Source: Mobula hypostoma
Lineage: Eukaryota
Assembly (NCBI RefSeq): GCF_963921235.1
Contig: NC_086097.1
Span: forward strand, 211,050,001-211,114,000
Length of the DNA: 64,000 nucleotides
Direction of reading: 5' to 3'
In this document: positions 26,845 through 40,538 of the stretch, in pieces
Position numbering within the stretch: position 1 is the stretch's first letter
Layout of the letters: the number at the start of each line of letters is the position of its first letter
Notes under the pieces: model-generated
Database searches by the model: none
What the model was told of the DNA's origin: nothing
Seen by the model: only the letters and a program-made list of their open reading frames with translations
Program-made: the position numbers and the translations under genes

Positions 26845-28265
26845 AATTAACTTAAATAAGTAGTGCAGAAAGGGAGGGAAAAAAGTAGTGAGGTAGTGTT
26901 CATTAGTTCAATGTCCATTCAGAAACTTGATGGCAAAGGGGAAGAAGCTGATCTTGAAACATTGTGTGTGTCTCTTTAGGCTCCTTTACTTCCTCCTTGA
27001 TGGTAGCAATGAGAAATAGGCATGTCCTGGGTGATGGGGATTCTTAATGATGGAAGCCATCTTTTTAAGGAATTGCCTTTTGAAGACGTCCTGGATGCTG
27101 GGGAGACTCGTGCCCATGGTGCAGCTGGCTGAGTTTACAACTTTCTGCGGTTTTTCCAATCCTGTGCAGTGGCCTCTCCACACCAGATGGTGATGCAACT
27201 AGTTAGAATACTCTCCACAGTACATCTGTAGAAATTAGAAATTAGAAAGCCACAGTTTGAGGATAGAGGGGAAGCCTTTTAGGACTGAGATTAGGAAAAA
27301 CTTCTTCACACAGAGAGTGGTGAATCTGTGGAATTCTCTGCCACAGGAAACAGTTGAGCCAGTTCATTGGCTATATTTAAGAGGGAGTTAGATATGGCCC
27401 TTGTGGCTACGGGGGTCAGGGGGTATGGAGGGAAGGGTGGGGCGGGGTTCTGAGTTGGAGGATCAGCCATGATCATAATAAATGGCGGTGCAGGCTCGAA
27501 GGGCCGAATGGCCTACTCCTGCACCTATTTTCTATGTTTCTATGTTTAGTGACATACCAATCCTTCTCAAACTCGTTACCAGGATAGATACTCAGAGATG
27601 TTGACACCTAGGAACTTGAAACTGCTCACTCTTTTCACTTCTGATCCCTTTGAGGGCTGGTGTGTTTCCTTGACATTCCCTTCCAAAAGTCCACAACCAA
27701 TTCCTTGCTCTTATTGTCATTTGGGCGCATTGCTGTTGCTGCGACACCACTCAGCCACCTGATTTATCTCACTCTTGTACACCTCCTCGTCACCATCTGA
27801 ATTTCTGCTCACAATTGCTCGGTTGTCAACAAATCTATAGATGCCATTTGAGTTGTGCCTAGCCACACAATCATGCATGTACAGACAGTAGAGCAGTGGC
27901 CTAAGCACGCATTCCTGAGGTGTGCCAGTGTTGATAGTCAACGAGGAGATGTTAAATTCGATCCACACAGACTGTGCTCTCCCAGTGAGGAAATCAAGGA
28001 TCCAATTGCAGAGGGAGTTATCAAGGTCCAGGTTTTGGAACTTGTTGATTGGAACTGAGGGTATGATTGTGTTGAATGCTGAGCTGTAGTCAATAAACAG
28101 CAGCCTGACATAGGTATTACTATTGTGCAGATGATCTAAGGCAGAGTGGAGAGCAGTGAGATTGCATCTGCTGGAGACCTTGTGGCGATAGGCAAATTGC
28201 AGTGGGTTCAGGTCCTTGCTTAGGCAGAAGTTGGTTCTAGCTATGCCTCTCAAAGCACTTCTTCA
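26845..28265 (-). mobile_element. Rex1/Babar LINE RT and 3' end, with a CR1 3' tail inserted at about 27236-27546
   Basis: 178-aa [13 protein letters not shown]...[17 protein letters not shown]...NWILDFLTGR; IIKNPHHPGHAYFSLLPS. Confidence 0.88.
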
Positions 28266-28361
28266 AAGTAGACAACACACACAAAAAATGCTGGTGAACG
28301 CAGCAGGCCAGACAGCATCTATAGGAAGAGGTACAGTCGACAATTCGGGCCAAGACCCTTC

Positions 28362-31275
28362 ATTCTTCCAATTTGTCCAAGTCCTGCTGCAATCACATTG
28401 CTTCCTCAGCACTACCTACCCCTCCACCTATCTTAACATCATCTGCAAACTTCGCCACAAAACCATCAATTCCATCATCCAAATCATTGACAAACAATGT
28501 GAAAAGTAGCAGTCCCAATACCGACCCCTGAGAAACAACACTAGTCATCTACAGCCAACCAGAAAAGGCCCCTTTTGTTCACACTCGGTGCCTTCTACCT
28601 GTCAGCCATTCCGCTATCCATGCCAGCATCTTTCTTGTAATGCTATAGGATTTTATTTTGTTTAGCAGCCTGTGTGACACCTTATCAAATGCCTTCTGTT
28701 AATCCAAATAAATGATATCCACTGCCTCTCCTTTGTCCACCCTGCTTGTTACTGCCTCGAAGAATTCCAACAGATCTGTCAGGCAGGATTTCCCTTGACA
28801 GAAACCATGCTGACTTTGACTTATTTTATCATTAGTCTCCAAGTACCCCAAAACCTCGCTCTTAATAATAGACTCCAACACGTTCCCAACCACAAAGGTT
28901 CGACTAACTAATCTATAATTTCCTTTCTTTTGACTTCCTCCCTTTTTAAAGAGTGGAGTGACTTTCACAATTTTCCAGTCCTCCGGGATCATGCCAGAAT
29001 CAAGCGATTCCTGAAAGATCACGACTAATGCATCCATTATCTCTTCAGCAACCTCTTTATCAATCTTTTTATTAATTTAAAAAAGTACATATATACAAAC
29101 AAGGAGGATTATCTCAGATATCTATATCAATAACAATACATATAAAAGGTAAAATAAACATTACCAAATGAAAAATGTTATCCCATTGATTATCTGAAAG
29201 TGACTGTCGAAATTCCAATTCCCACACACCTTTAATTTTATTGTTAGATACCTTTTGCAAATTCAATAACCATTTATAACTTATAGCTATCAGTCCTTTT
29301 TGAAATGGTTTAACCTGAAAAAGAGTATCTATCATATTGGGTGGATAAGCAGAGGGAAAATTTGGAAGTAAACTATGTAAAAAATTCCTAATTTGTAAAT
29401 ATTAAGAAGTCTGCATTAGATAAGTCATATTTGTCCACTAACTGAATGAAGGACATTAAACAATCCACCATAAACAAATCTAAAAAAGTTATTATTCCTT
29501 TGGTTTTCAAAATTAAAAGGTCTGCTCGGAAATTGATGGTTTAAAAAATAATTAAGATGGATTTTACTAGAAAGAACAAAGTTATTAAACTCAAAAAATC
29601 TACGAAACTGAAACCAAATTCTTAATGTATGTTTAATAATGGGTTGAGGTCTCAACTACCAATCTTAGAAAGCAAAAAAAGAAGAGAAGCTCCCAGTAAA
29701 GTGGCCAAAGAATACCCCTTCACCGAGTTTTTCTCCAAATCCACCCATAAAGGACAGTCATGTCTGTCTGAATAATGAATCCAAAATGAAATGCATCAAA
29801 TATTAATTGCCCAGTAATACATTCTAAAATTTGGCAAAGCCATATCACCATGCTTTTTAAATTTCTGCAATAGAGGTTTACTCAATCTAGGATTTTTAAT
29901 ATTCCAAATACAAGATAAAATTTTTAGAGTCTATTCTATCAAAAAACCATCTAGTAACAAAGGAAGGGATTGCTTGAAATACATAAGAACTTCGGTAGCG
30001 CTATCATTTTAATAGCATTAATTCCACCAATAAATGATAGTGTCATAGGAGACCACTTAGAAAGTATTTGTTGCATGTATTCAATGACAGAAATCTCTCT
30101 CAGAACTCTGGGATGCAGTCCATCTGGTCCAGGTGACTTATGTACCTTAAGACCTTTCAGTTTGCCTAGCACTTTTTCCTTTGTAATAGCAATGGCACTC
30201 ACTCCTGCTCCCTGACACTAACAGACCTCCGGCACACTGCTAGTGTCTCCCACAGTGACGACAGATGCAAGTACCCATTAAAGTTCATCTGCCACTTCTT
30301 TGACCCCCATTACTACCTCACCAGCATCATTCTCCAGTAGGCCAATATCAACTCTCACCTCCGTTTTACTCTTTATATAACTGAAAAAACTTTTGGTATC
30401 CTGCTTTATATTATTTGCTAGCCTGCCCTCACATTTCATTTTTTCCCTTCTTTTAGCTTTTTGGTTGCCTTTTGTTAGATTTTAAAAGCTTCCCAATCAT
30501 CTAACTTCCCACTCACTTTTGTTGCCTTATAAGCCCTTTCCTTGGCTTTTATGCAGTCCTTGACTTCCCTTGTCAGCCACGGTTGCCTATTCCTACCATT
30601 TGAGAACTTCTTCCTTTGAGGGAGATACCTTTTGTGCGCCTTGTAAACTACTCCCAGAAACTTCAGCCATCTCAGCTGTAAAAAGCTATCTCGTAAGCAT
30701 TCAACAAATTCCCTCTATTGTGATCTGACACCAGTCTGATTTTCCCTTGCATATTGAAGTCCTCCATTACAACTGAGTCATTAACTACCCTTATTACATG
30801 CCTTTTCCAGTCTCTTTCCATCTCTTACCAACAAAGCAACACCACCACCTATGCATTCCTGCCTGTCCTTTCGATACAAAGTATATCCTTTCATGTTAAG
30901 TTCCCAACTATGGGTTTCTTGCAGCCAAGATTCAGTGACGCCCAATGTCACACCAACCAATCTCTAATTGCTCCACGAGTTTGTCCACCTTATTCCAAAT
31001 ACTACACATATTTAAATACAGCACCTTCAATTCTGCAGTCTTTGCCCTTTTGAATTTTGTCTCTGTGGTGCAATTTAACTCTTTTCTCTATTTGCATTTG
31101 TACCCAGTCATTGTCTTGTCCTTCCTTACATTCATGTTACACCCGTCACCTACTTGTAAACCTGCTGGCTCATTCTCACTCTATCATACTGGCTCCCATT
31201 ACCCTGCCATATTAGTTTAAATCACTTCTGACAGCTCCAGTAAATCTGCCCGCAAGAATATTGGTCCCCCTCGGA
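28362..31275 (-). mobile_element. CR1 LINE with internal deletions, interrupted by L1 at about 29057-30090
   Basis: PEDWKIVKVTPLFKKG...SQHGFCQGKSCLTDLLEFF and KSPGPDGLHPRVLRE. Confidence 0.85.
29057..30090 (-). mobile_element. L1/Tx1-type LINE ORF2 C-terminal fragment
   Basis: AT-rich; KWSPMTLSFIGGINAIKMIALPKFL and PIIKHTLRIWFQFRRFF. A-rich 3' end with AATAAA near 29067-29072. Flanks AACCTCT and AATCTCT resemble a TSD. Confidence 0.8.
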
Positions 31276-31380
31276 CTTTCATAAGCATCAGTCAGGAGTG
31301 GCAAGTCTATTAACAATTGCAAAATACTAGGGAAAAAGGTGCTATACAATAGAAAGTCCAAGTTTATAATGTATCCAGCA

Positions 31381-33695
31381 CAGTGATTCCCAGTGGGGCA
31401 GTACCACCCACCACAGGGACAATTACGTGTCCTAAGGGGGTGTCAGGGAATGTAGAAGAAGTGGGTGGGGGGGTTGAATGATGATTCTTGGGGGTGGGGC
31501 AGTAACCAGCAACCTAACTGGAGGCACAGGATCTGACCGACTGTATCAGCTCGCTGCCGTTGCCAACATCTGATAATTTTTTTTAATTTTAATTTAGCCC
31601 CATTAATGATGGATAACTATGTACAGTGTGATCTTTATGAGTCTCAGGGCGGTGAAGCCTTGAATTCTAACCCTGCTAAGAAACCGAAACTGCAGAAAGT
31701 GTGTCAATACAATGTTACGTACCTGGAGAATGGTTTTATTCTGTTCCTGTCAAATATTTGTAATTCTGTACTGTCTAAGGAAGCCATAAAGCCATCAAGT
31801 TTGCAGGATCACTTCCATAAAAGACACCATGAAAAGGCTGCTTATTGTACTACTGAGTTTCAGAAGATGAACGAAGCTCTTGAGAAGTGTTGCACGCCAG
31901 AGTCATTTGCCAAGTAAGCTAAAAATGACCTTGATAGTGGCCTCATTGCTTCTTCTAACATTTTCAAAATGATAGCAAATGTGAAAAATCTCATACAATT
32001 GGTGAAATATTAATAATGCCTGCTGTATCAGAAATCCTCAGCACTGTTCTCAGAATGGATACTAGTATTTTAAAATCGATTCCTCTGAGTAATAAATCTG
32101 TAGCTTGTCATATTGACAAAGTGGGTGAGACATTGAGTATCAATTATGCACAGAGCTACAAAAAAAAACAACAGTATTTGGAATACAACCGGATGAGTCA
32201 ACTGTAAAAGACAACAGGACATTGATAATGGCATATGCACAGTTTCTCAAAAATGAATAAGTTTATGAAGAGATTCTCTTTAGTAAAAAGTTATCAACAA
32301 AGAATCAATCTACGATGAACTCAAAATATATATTGAAGATAAAAGTATTCCGATTAGGAACATGACTTTTTGTGCAATAGATGGAGCACCATATGACAGA
32401 TCGCCATGCTGGTTTAGTGTCATTTACGAAAAAAGAAATTCAATCTGTTTGCAATCCATTGTATAATTCAATGTCAACATCTCGCAGCCAAAAGCCTCAG
32501 CTAGTGACTTTTTGAAGCATGACTTTTATAATAACTGTATCAACAAAATTAAAGCGCATCCATTAAATAGAATATTTTGCTGATTATGCCAAGATAACAA
32601 TGAAGAGTTTGATGTTTGCTTCTTCACACTGAAGTTCATTGGCTGTCAAAAGGCTGCTGCTTAAAATGTTTCTTTGATCTTTTTGACACTGTGGTTGAAT
32701 TTTTGCTCAAAGTCAACAAGAGCTTGGGAAACACACAGAAAATGCTAGAGGAACTCAGCATGCCAAGCAGCATCTATGAAAAAAAAGTACAGTCGACATA
32801 TCAGGCTGAAACTCTTCAACAGGACTTGGCAAGAGCTCTTCAGCAAGAGCTTGGGAAACAAGATAGAATGTTTACATGGAAATTTGGCATACCTACTAAT
32901 CTGTATGACAAATAAACATTCTAAATATGAAACTGCAGGGTGAGAAACTCACTTTAATCCAGGCAAAAAGTGCAGTGTTCACTTTCATTGGAAAATTGGA
33001 AATATACAAGCAAAATATTTGAAGAAAAATGTTCTCACAGCTTCCCTGCATGGAAAATATCTCTTTCACAGAATGCGATTCGTAAGAGTACTGCTTACAC
33101 ATGCAGTCACTGAAGTAAGGTTTTCAGAACCGATTCAAGGATCTGGAAATTCTGGAGTGGGTGTAAGTACAAGAAGAGAGCTTGCAAGAAGAAATTATCA
33201 AAATTCAGAATGATGAAGAAGCAAAACCACTTTTCAAAAATGTTGGCTTTTGTGCTATGTGGCTACAACGTCATACGAAGTTCCCTCGTCTTTGGAGAAG
33301 AGCCAAACTGCTCTTCATTGCATTTCCATCCTCCTACCTTGTTGAAAGAGGCTTAGATGCAGTGAACTGCATACTCAGAAACCATTTGGGCAGTGTTTTG
33401 CATGGGGGAATTGGGGCTTTTGTTGTCACAACTTAAACTAAATATTTCAACTCTTGTTAAAAACCATCAAGCTCAAGGATCACAGCTGCTGTATAGCGCA
33501 CAGGTACTGTGCAAGTTGGGTTTAAAAGACAAATATTTAAAATTTAACAGAGAATCATTTTTCTTATTTTTGCATGTGGTAGACATGTTTTTGCTCTATG
33601 GGTACACCGGAAAGTATATTGTGCCTAAGAGGGGCGCTGGCAAATATGAAGGTGCTTTAGGGGGCCGTTGGACTAAAAACGGTTGAGAAACACTG
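31381..33695 (+). mobile_element. Near full-length decayed hAT (Charlie/Buster-type) DNA transposon
   Basis: TIRs CAGTGATTCCCA and TGAGAAACACTG; 8-bp TSD ATCCAGCA/ATCTAGCA. Transposase fragments KPSSLQDHF, IPLSNKSVACHID, LLHTEVHWLSKG and FPSSYLVERG, with many stops and frameshifts. Confidence 0.92.
32734..32843 (-). mobile_element. Short Penelope-derived element inside the hAT transposase
   Basis: AAAATGCTAGAGGAACTCAGCA...GCAGCATCTATG arm; direct repeat CAAGAGCTTGGGAAACA at 32717-32733 and 32844-32860. Confidence 0.8.
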
Positions 33696-33929
33696 ATCTA
33701 GCACGAAGAATATAAAGAGGGAAGTTCAAGAATAAAGTCATCTTCAATTAAGATATTAAGCAAACTAATTGGACATATTTGGATAAACAGAAGGCCAGAA
33801 GGGATTTGCTAAGAGGAAAAAGAAAGATGTTAAACAACTTAATGAAGAGACATCAGAAGTAGCAGTCATAGATTTTTTTCATGCAAGTACAAGCTAGTGT
33901 GCCTCACATCAGGATAATTATTGGATAAA

Positions 33930-35350
33930 ATCCTAGGAGATAACTGAGAAGATTGATGAAGGCCCAAGAGCAAACATGGTGTATATGGACTAGACTAAGA
34001 AATTTGACTAATTCTCATATGGGAGTTGATCCAGAAGCACAAGGCATTTGGAATCCAAAGCCAGTTGGCTAACTAGATCTAAAATTAACTTGATGACAGG
34101 AGGCAGAGGGTACTCGTGGAAGGCTGCTTTGCATGATTGCAAGTCTGTGATCAGTGGTGGGATCGGTGTTTATGGCATACAATATAAATCAACTGGATCT
34201 GAACTTTGAAGGTATGACTAACAGGTCTGCAGACGACATGAAAGTTGGTGGTGTTGTAGAGAGCAAGAAGGGCTGTTTGAGACTACAGCAGGATGCAAGT
34301 CAAATGAAAAGTTGGGTGGAGTGTTGGTAGATGGAATTTAGACCAAACAGATGCATGCTGATACATTTTAAGAAATCAAATAAGGGTAAAATATATACAA
34401 TAAGTAGTAGAACATTAAGGAATGTTGATGGGCAGCAGGACCTTGGCACTCAGATCTATAGTTCACAGCAACAGGTAGACAGGAAGGCACATAGCATTCT
34501 GTCCTTCATATTTTTACATTAATATTCAATAATATTTACAATATAAGCTCTGGGCATAACTTTAAATCATCCGTCCACTCAAGCGTTTTGTGACTGGAAC
34601 TAGATGAAAATCCAAAACATTAAATTGACCATCCCTGAAGCAATTGTCTGACTGCAATTACCAAGTATAAATTATAGAGCATAGAACATGCAGCACAGTA
34701 TGGGCACTTCTGCTCATGATGTTGTGCTGACTGATGCAAACATTCTCTAACCCTTTCATCCTTGTGCTCATATAAGAGTGTCTTAAATCTCCCTATTCCA
34801 TCAACTTTTACCATTACCCGGGCACCACTCTCTGTGTTAAAAATACTTTCCTGGGATATCTTCCCTAAATTTCCCTCCACGCACCTTCAATGCACATCCT
34901 CGAGTATTGTCCATTGTCACCTGGGAATCCACACGATGTATGCCTCTTATAATCTTATACACCTCCATCGAGTATCTGTAGAATGATCTCCATCACATCA
35001 AAGAGAAAAGTCCGAGCTCACCCAAATTTTCATAAGACCTTTCCTAATCCAGGCAGCATCCTGGTAAATCTTCTCTGAGCCTTCCGTAAAGTTTCCACAT
35101 CCTTCCTATAGCGAGATGACTAGAGCTGAACACAGTAATTGAAGTCTTGTCTAACCACAGTTTTATAGAGGAATAAAGCTCTTGGGCTTCCAGCCAGATA
35201 TAGGCATCGAAGACAAACTCTGCCATCTTCATTAGGGATGATTTATAGTTTTATAGAGCTTCAACAAACTTCATGGCTCTTGAGCTCAATCTCCTGACTT
35301 GAAAGCCAACACACCATACACCTTCTTAACCACCCTATAAACTTCCACAA
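33930..35350. mobile_element. Old CR1 fragments (plus strand about 33930-34510; minus strand about 34670-35350)
   Basis: MEFRPNRC...QQDLGTQIY fragment; reverse CR1 3' end at about 34680. Confidence 0.7.
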
Positions 35351-37794
35351 CAAATTATAATTGCTCCTCTATAGTTACATCAAATAGTCATAGAAAAGTA
35401 TGTGCATAGAAATGTCAAACTGATAAACTCCACAAAAGTATTTGCTGATAATCCAGTAGCCTCTAATCATTAGTTTTCTGAGAAAGTCAATTAGGCAAGA
35501 GTGATTACAATGGAATCTCCAATAACATGAATTCTGCCAGTGTCAGCATAACACTACTTCTGTTCTTCAATCTAAATTGATTCCAAATCTCATTGGTGTC
35601 AGGGAAGGAAGTGGTCTTTAGCAGAAAAGGAGTAAGATTGCAGAAATTGATTATTGCTAATTATGGGATGAAAAGAGGTAGGAATCAATATGGTGAAATA
35701 TCAGCTACTTAACGATGTATCAACTGAGGTTGTCGATAAGGATTTGACTACTAGTTTAGGTGCTATAAGGCTTAAGTTCAAGAATTCTAGGGTGTGTAGC
35801 AAGTTAAAAAATCTTTTATGAAGTTCTCCTCAACAAGAATAGAATAATTCTCAAATCATGGGTAGTCTAGCTAACGTGCAAATGTCTACACAAGAATAAT
35901 AGTTTGGATTGTTTTGTGGAAATACAACAAATAATAAAGCTGTCAATAGAATGTTTAGTGTTGTATTAACACTGTAGATCAGTAGAAAATTAAATTAATT
36001 GTTTATAGATTTAAGTAAAACAAAGACTTTGAATTGTTCACATATCCAGACCTGAATACACCAATGAAATACGTGATTTCTCATTATGATTGAATCTATA
36101 TTATTGCCACCAGATTGGGATGTATCAAAAAACTGGAAACTTTTCAGTATGAAACAAGCAGGTTATGTTGAACTTTGATGAAACCCAACAAATGTGGTGA
36201 AGCTTTTCTCCTTAGTGTAACATAATTTGAGATAAATTTTCAGAAACATGAAATATCTAGAAAAACAAATAGAAAGAAACTTTCATTATTAGCAGAAGAG
36301 TTAACATCCCCGATTCTTAAGTTACTAGCAAAATTATTAAACGAGGAAAGGGACTAAAGGGTAAAACCTCTTTAAATGATTGTTAATAGATGCTCACATT
36401 AAAAGCTATGTCTAGATTGTGCTAGGAAAATTGTAAGATTCCCCAATTGCAACTCCCTCCCTTTTCTATTAATGGTGAAAGTTAAAAATAGTAAACACCA
36501 ATTTTTTTTAAAAATGCAAAAGCAACCAAAAATAAAAATGTGGAAGCACAGACTTCAGTGTTATCAAGCAACAGTCTGATGAACAATCTTCAAGGCTTCT
36601 GCTGGCTGCCATAACAACTTCTGTGGAAGTTCACCAGAAAAATAAAAACAAACAAATTTGTGTCTATTAATGGTGTCTACCATTTATACAGGGGTGCAGT
36701 GCAGCTGGAATTTATCCTTAACAAGTTTGTTAAAGAAATGAGTACGGTAGCAAAAAAGAAAAACAATGAAGGCCCAAAGAGAACAAAAAAAAAGGCAAAA
36801 GCCTCCAAGTGGAGAAACACTATTCCAAGTTCCCTCACCTTTCAAAAACGGGTATCTATCACTTTTCTTTCATCACTCCTAGCTCACATATACTCATGCT
36901 ATTCTGTATAAAATGTTCAGAAATAACAGATGTATTGCAAAGCAAGAGGAAATGAGACTTGGTTGCTGTCAGAGGGGGAAAAAAGCCAAAACAAAATGAA
37001 AAAGTTGCTTCAAGATAGTCAAAACCATATTTTTGACTAAAATGATTTTCATTCCAGACAATAAAAGGAAAATCACATGTGTTTAAATATCTGTGAACAG
37101 AACAAAAAAAAGTATGAAAAGCAAAAATCTGAGGATTTTGAGAAGGAAGTTCTTCAATACTAAAAACCTTCTTTAAGATAAAGGAATGTGAGATCATGAA
37201 ATCTGTTGGTTGGCACCATATTAACTTCAAACTTGAACATGCCTATAAATTGAGAACAACAGTTCACTCGTGCAATTTGCTAGTTAGTAGTTTCTAAAAT
37301 AAAGACTGTATTCGATCTTACAGAAAACACGAAGACTCAAAGCAGATCCCACAATTAGCATCTCTACTGACTGCATTTGAACAAAGAATTAAACAAAATT
37401 CAGCCAACTTCCTCCATAAGAATCATGATACCCATCTACAGTACTCCCTTTTGCCCACATTAGAGTCATAACCCTCTAAGGACCAAACCAAATACTTCTA
37501 AATGTTGTGATTTTAATTGGCTTTACTGCCTACTCTGGCATAGCGTTTCTGATAACCACCACCATGTGTTCAAGACTCAAATATGGTCAAAGAATGTATA
37601 AATTATACAACCTTGAGATTTGCTTGCTCACAGGTAGCTACGAAGCAAGAAACCCGAAAGAACCCAATTTAACAAAAAAATAAAAATAAAAGACCAACAC
37701 TCAATCCATGAAAGAAAGAAAAATACAAATCATGCAAACAGCTGAAGTGAACAATAGCATTCTGAAGCAAAATTGAGTACTCAGATACGAAATT

Positions 37795-39165
37795 TCGATT
37801 GCCTGACCTCAGTGGTTAGGGAAGTGTTGGAATCTATTATTAAAGATGAGGTTTCAGGGTACTTGAAGACTAATGATAAAATAAGTCAAAGTCAGCATGG
37901 CTTCATCAGGAAATCTTGCCTGACAAATCTGTTAAAGAGTTCTTTGATGAAGTAACCAGCAGTGTGGACAAAGGAGAGGCAGTGGATGTCATTTACTTGG
38001 ATTTTCAGAAGGCATTTGACAAGGTGCCACACAAGAGGCTGCGTAACAAGAAAAAAATTCTTCAGGAAAGATACTGACATGAATAGAGAAATGGCTGACA
38101 GGTAAGAGGCAGCAAGTGGGAATAAAAAGGACGTTCTCTGGTTGGCTGCCAGTGACTACTGGTGCTCTTCAGAGATCAGTATTGGAACCGCTACTTTTCA
38201 CGTTGTTTGTCAATATTTGGATAATGGAATTGATGGCTCTATGGCACAGTTTGCAGATGATAAGAAGATAGGTGGAGGGGTAGGTAGTGCTGAGGAAGCA
38301 ATGCAATTGCAGCAGGAATCAGACAAATTAGAAGAATAGGCAAAAAAGTGACAGTGTTGGGAAATGTACGATATTGCATTTTGGTAAAAGGAACAATAGT
38401 GCAGACTATTATCTAACTGGGGAGAGGTTCAAACATCAGAGGTGCAGAGGGATTCCCAGAAGGTTAACTTACAGGCTGAGTCTTTGGTAAAGAAAGCAAA
38501 TGCAATATTGACTGAATGTTGATTTAATTTCAAGGGGAATAGAATATAAAAGCAAGATAATGCTGAGCCATTATAAGACACTAGTCAGGCCACACTTGGA
38601 GTATCATCAACAGTTTTGGGCTCCATATCTCAGAAAGGATGTGTTGTCATTGGAGAGAGTCCAGAATAGTTTCAGGAGGATGATTCCGGGAATGAAGCGG
38701 TTAACATACAAGGAGCGTTGGGCAGCTTTGGGCCTCTACTCACTGGAACTTACAAGCGTTTGTAGAAGAATGCGCAGCAATCTCATTGAAACCTACCGAA
38801 TGTTGAAAGGATGAAATAGGATGGATGTGGAGAGGATGTTTCCTATGGTGGGGGTATCCAGAACAAGACAGCACAGCCTCAAAATTGAGGGAAGACCTTT
38901 TAGAACAGAGGTAAGGAGAAATTTTTTTAGCCAGAGAGTAGTAAATCTGGGGAATGCTGTACTACAGACTCCAGTGGAGGCCAAGTCCTTGGGCATATTT
39001 AAGGCAGAAATTGATGTTTCTTGATCTGTCAGGGCATCAAAGGACATGGCGATAATGCAGGTGTATGGAGTTCAGTGGGATCCAGGATCAGCATTGATGG
39101 AATGGTGGAGAAGACTCGATGGGTGAATAGCCTAATTATTATGCTCCTATGTCTGATGGTCTGAT
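37795..39165 (+). mobile_element. CR1 RT and 3' end
   Basis: [31 protein letters not shown] and RRNFFSQRVVNL. Confidence 0.9.
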
Positions 39166-40538
39166 GAAGCTTTTTTTAAAAATTTAATTCTAGATTTGCT
39201 TCGTTATTTACTGTAACCCCAGAGAAGGCCCAAAGCCTCACTTATCAGTTCCTCATATTAGTGGGCACAGAGCATAGCAGCAGGGGCAGTATTCATAGCT
39301 TCAGCACCATGAAGATGACGTTCACCGAGAACAAGCAAAATCTGCTCTCGTCCCAACACCCTTTATTTGCAGTCTATCTGCTCCTGATGAACCTCATTCC
39401 ACCACATCCTTTCAGTACTGTGGTAATCAGAACTAAACAAGATAATCCAAATGCAGTCCAAAAAAGTATTTTGTACAGCTACAACATGATAACCCTACTC
39501 TTGTACACAGTACCCCAGCCTCCCATCAAAGGCCTTAAATGTCCTACTCACTGTGTCGTGTGTGCATGTGCGTGTGCGTGTGCGTGTAATAAAAAAAGAG
39601 GATCTTTTCTGATAACCAATTCTGGTGTTGTTTGCAAACCAGCTCATCAGACCCCCTACATTCTCATTCTGTTACTTGTGTACATTACAAACAACAAAAG
39701 GTCCCAGGTGATCCCCGGCATATGCTACTTGTTATTGACTTCCAGTCAGAAAAACACCTACCTACCTTCTATCACCATAGAAGCCATTCACCTGGTTTGC
39801 AAAGAATGCAAATGAGGTTGCACCATTAGAATAACTAACAAACATGATTTCCCAAACAATACCACACAATTAAAGTATTCACCCGAGCCTTAAGTGCTCT
39901 AGCAGGGATGTGCTGAAGGAATAGGAGGAATATGGTTAACCTATGCATGCTTAAGTACTTCACTTGCACTACTGCTGAAACATTTGCTTTGCTGCAAATA
40001 CATCTGCAGATAGAAAATATTAAATTATCCATTCCTTCTACAAACATTCTCTTTCCTCCAAATGTTATTTTTCACAAAGCAGTCTACTGATGATGCTGGA
40101 GCGAAATAAATCTTCAAACATTTCACAAATGGCATTTTAATGTCGGAAATAGATAGAATCAATTTACACTTAGCCACCACAAACCTTGCAACAATCAATA
40201 ATGCAAAGGCATGGGACATTCATCAACACACAACAGACATATTTGCCCAAGTTAACTTATTAGAGTTATGAAGGGAATTTAAAATTTAGATGCTAGGCAA
40301 TTTCTAAACTTTTCACTTGCTTTCAGTAGGACGATCATTATGAAAGATGCAGCAAATTTTAAGATTGTGATAGTTCTTTAAGATGAATATAGAGAGAATG
40401 TTTCCTCTTGTGGGACAGGGTAAGATTTAAAAATAAGGGATCACCCATTTTAAGGCTTTTCTTTTCTATAGATGGTCTTTGAATTTCCCTTCCCCAAAGT
40501 GTGGTGGAAGCCTTGAAAACTTAAGGCAGTTGCAGATA

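Noticed and set aside
31606..33436. Domesticated ZBED5/SCAND3-like gene
   Set aside because: The transposase is fragmented, carries an insertion, and is still bounded by TIRs and a TSD.
39261..39815. 184-aa ORF
   Set aside because: It overlaps the antisense strand of an old CR1 and a TG/CG repeat, has a non-ATG start and shows no domain.
39883..40003. AG...GT-bounded possible cassette exon in intron 1
   Set aside because: It has an in-frame stop, no homology and no independent support; plausible by chance.
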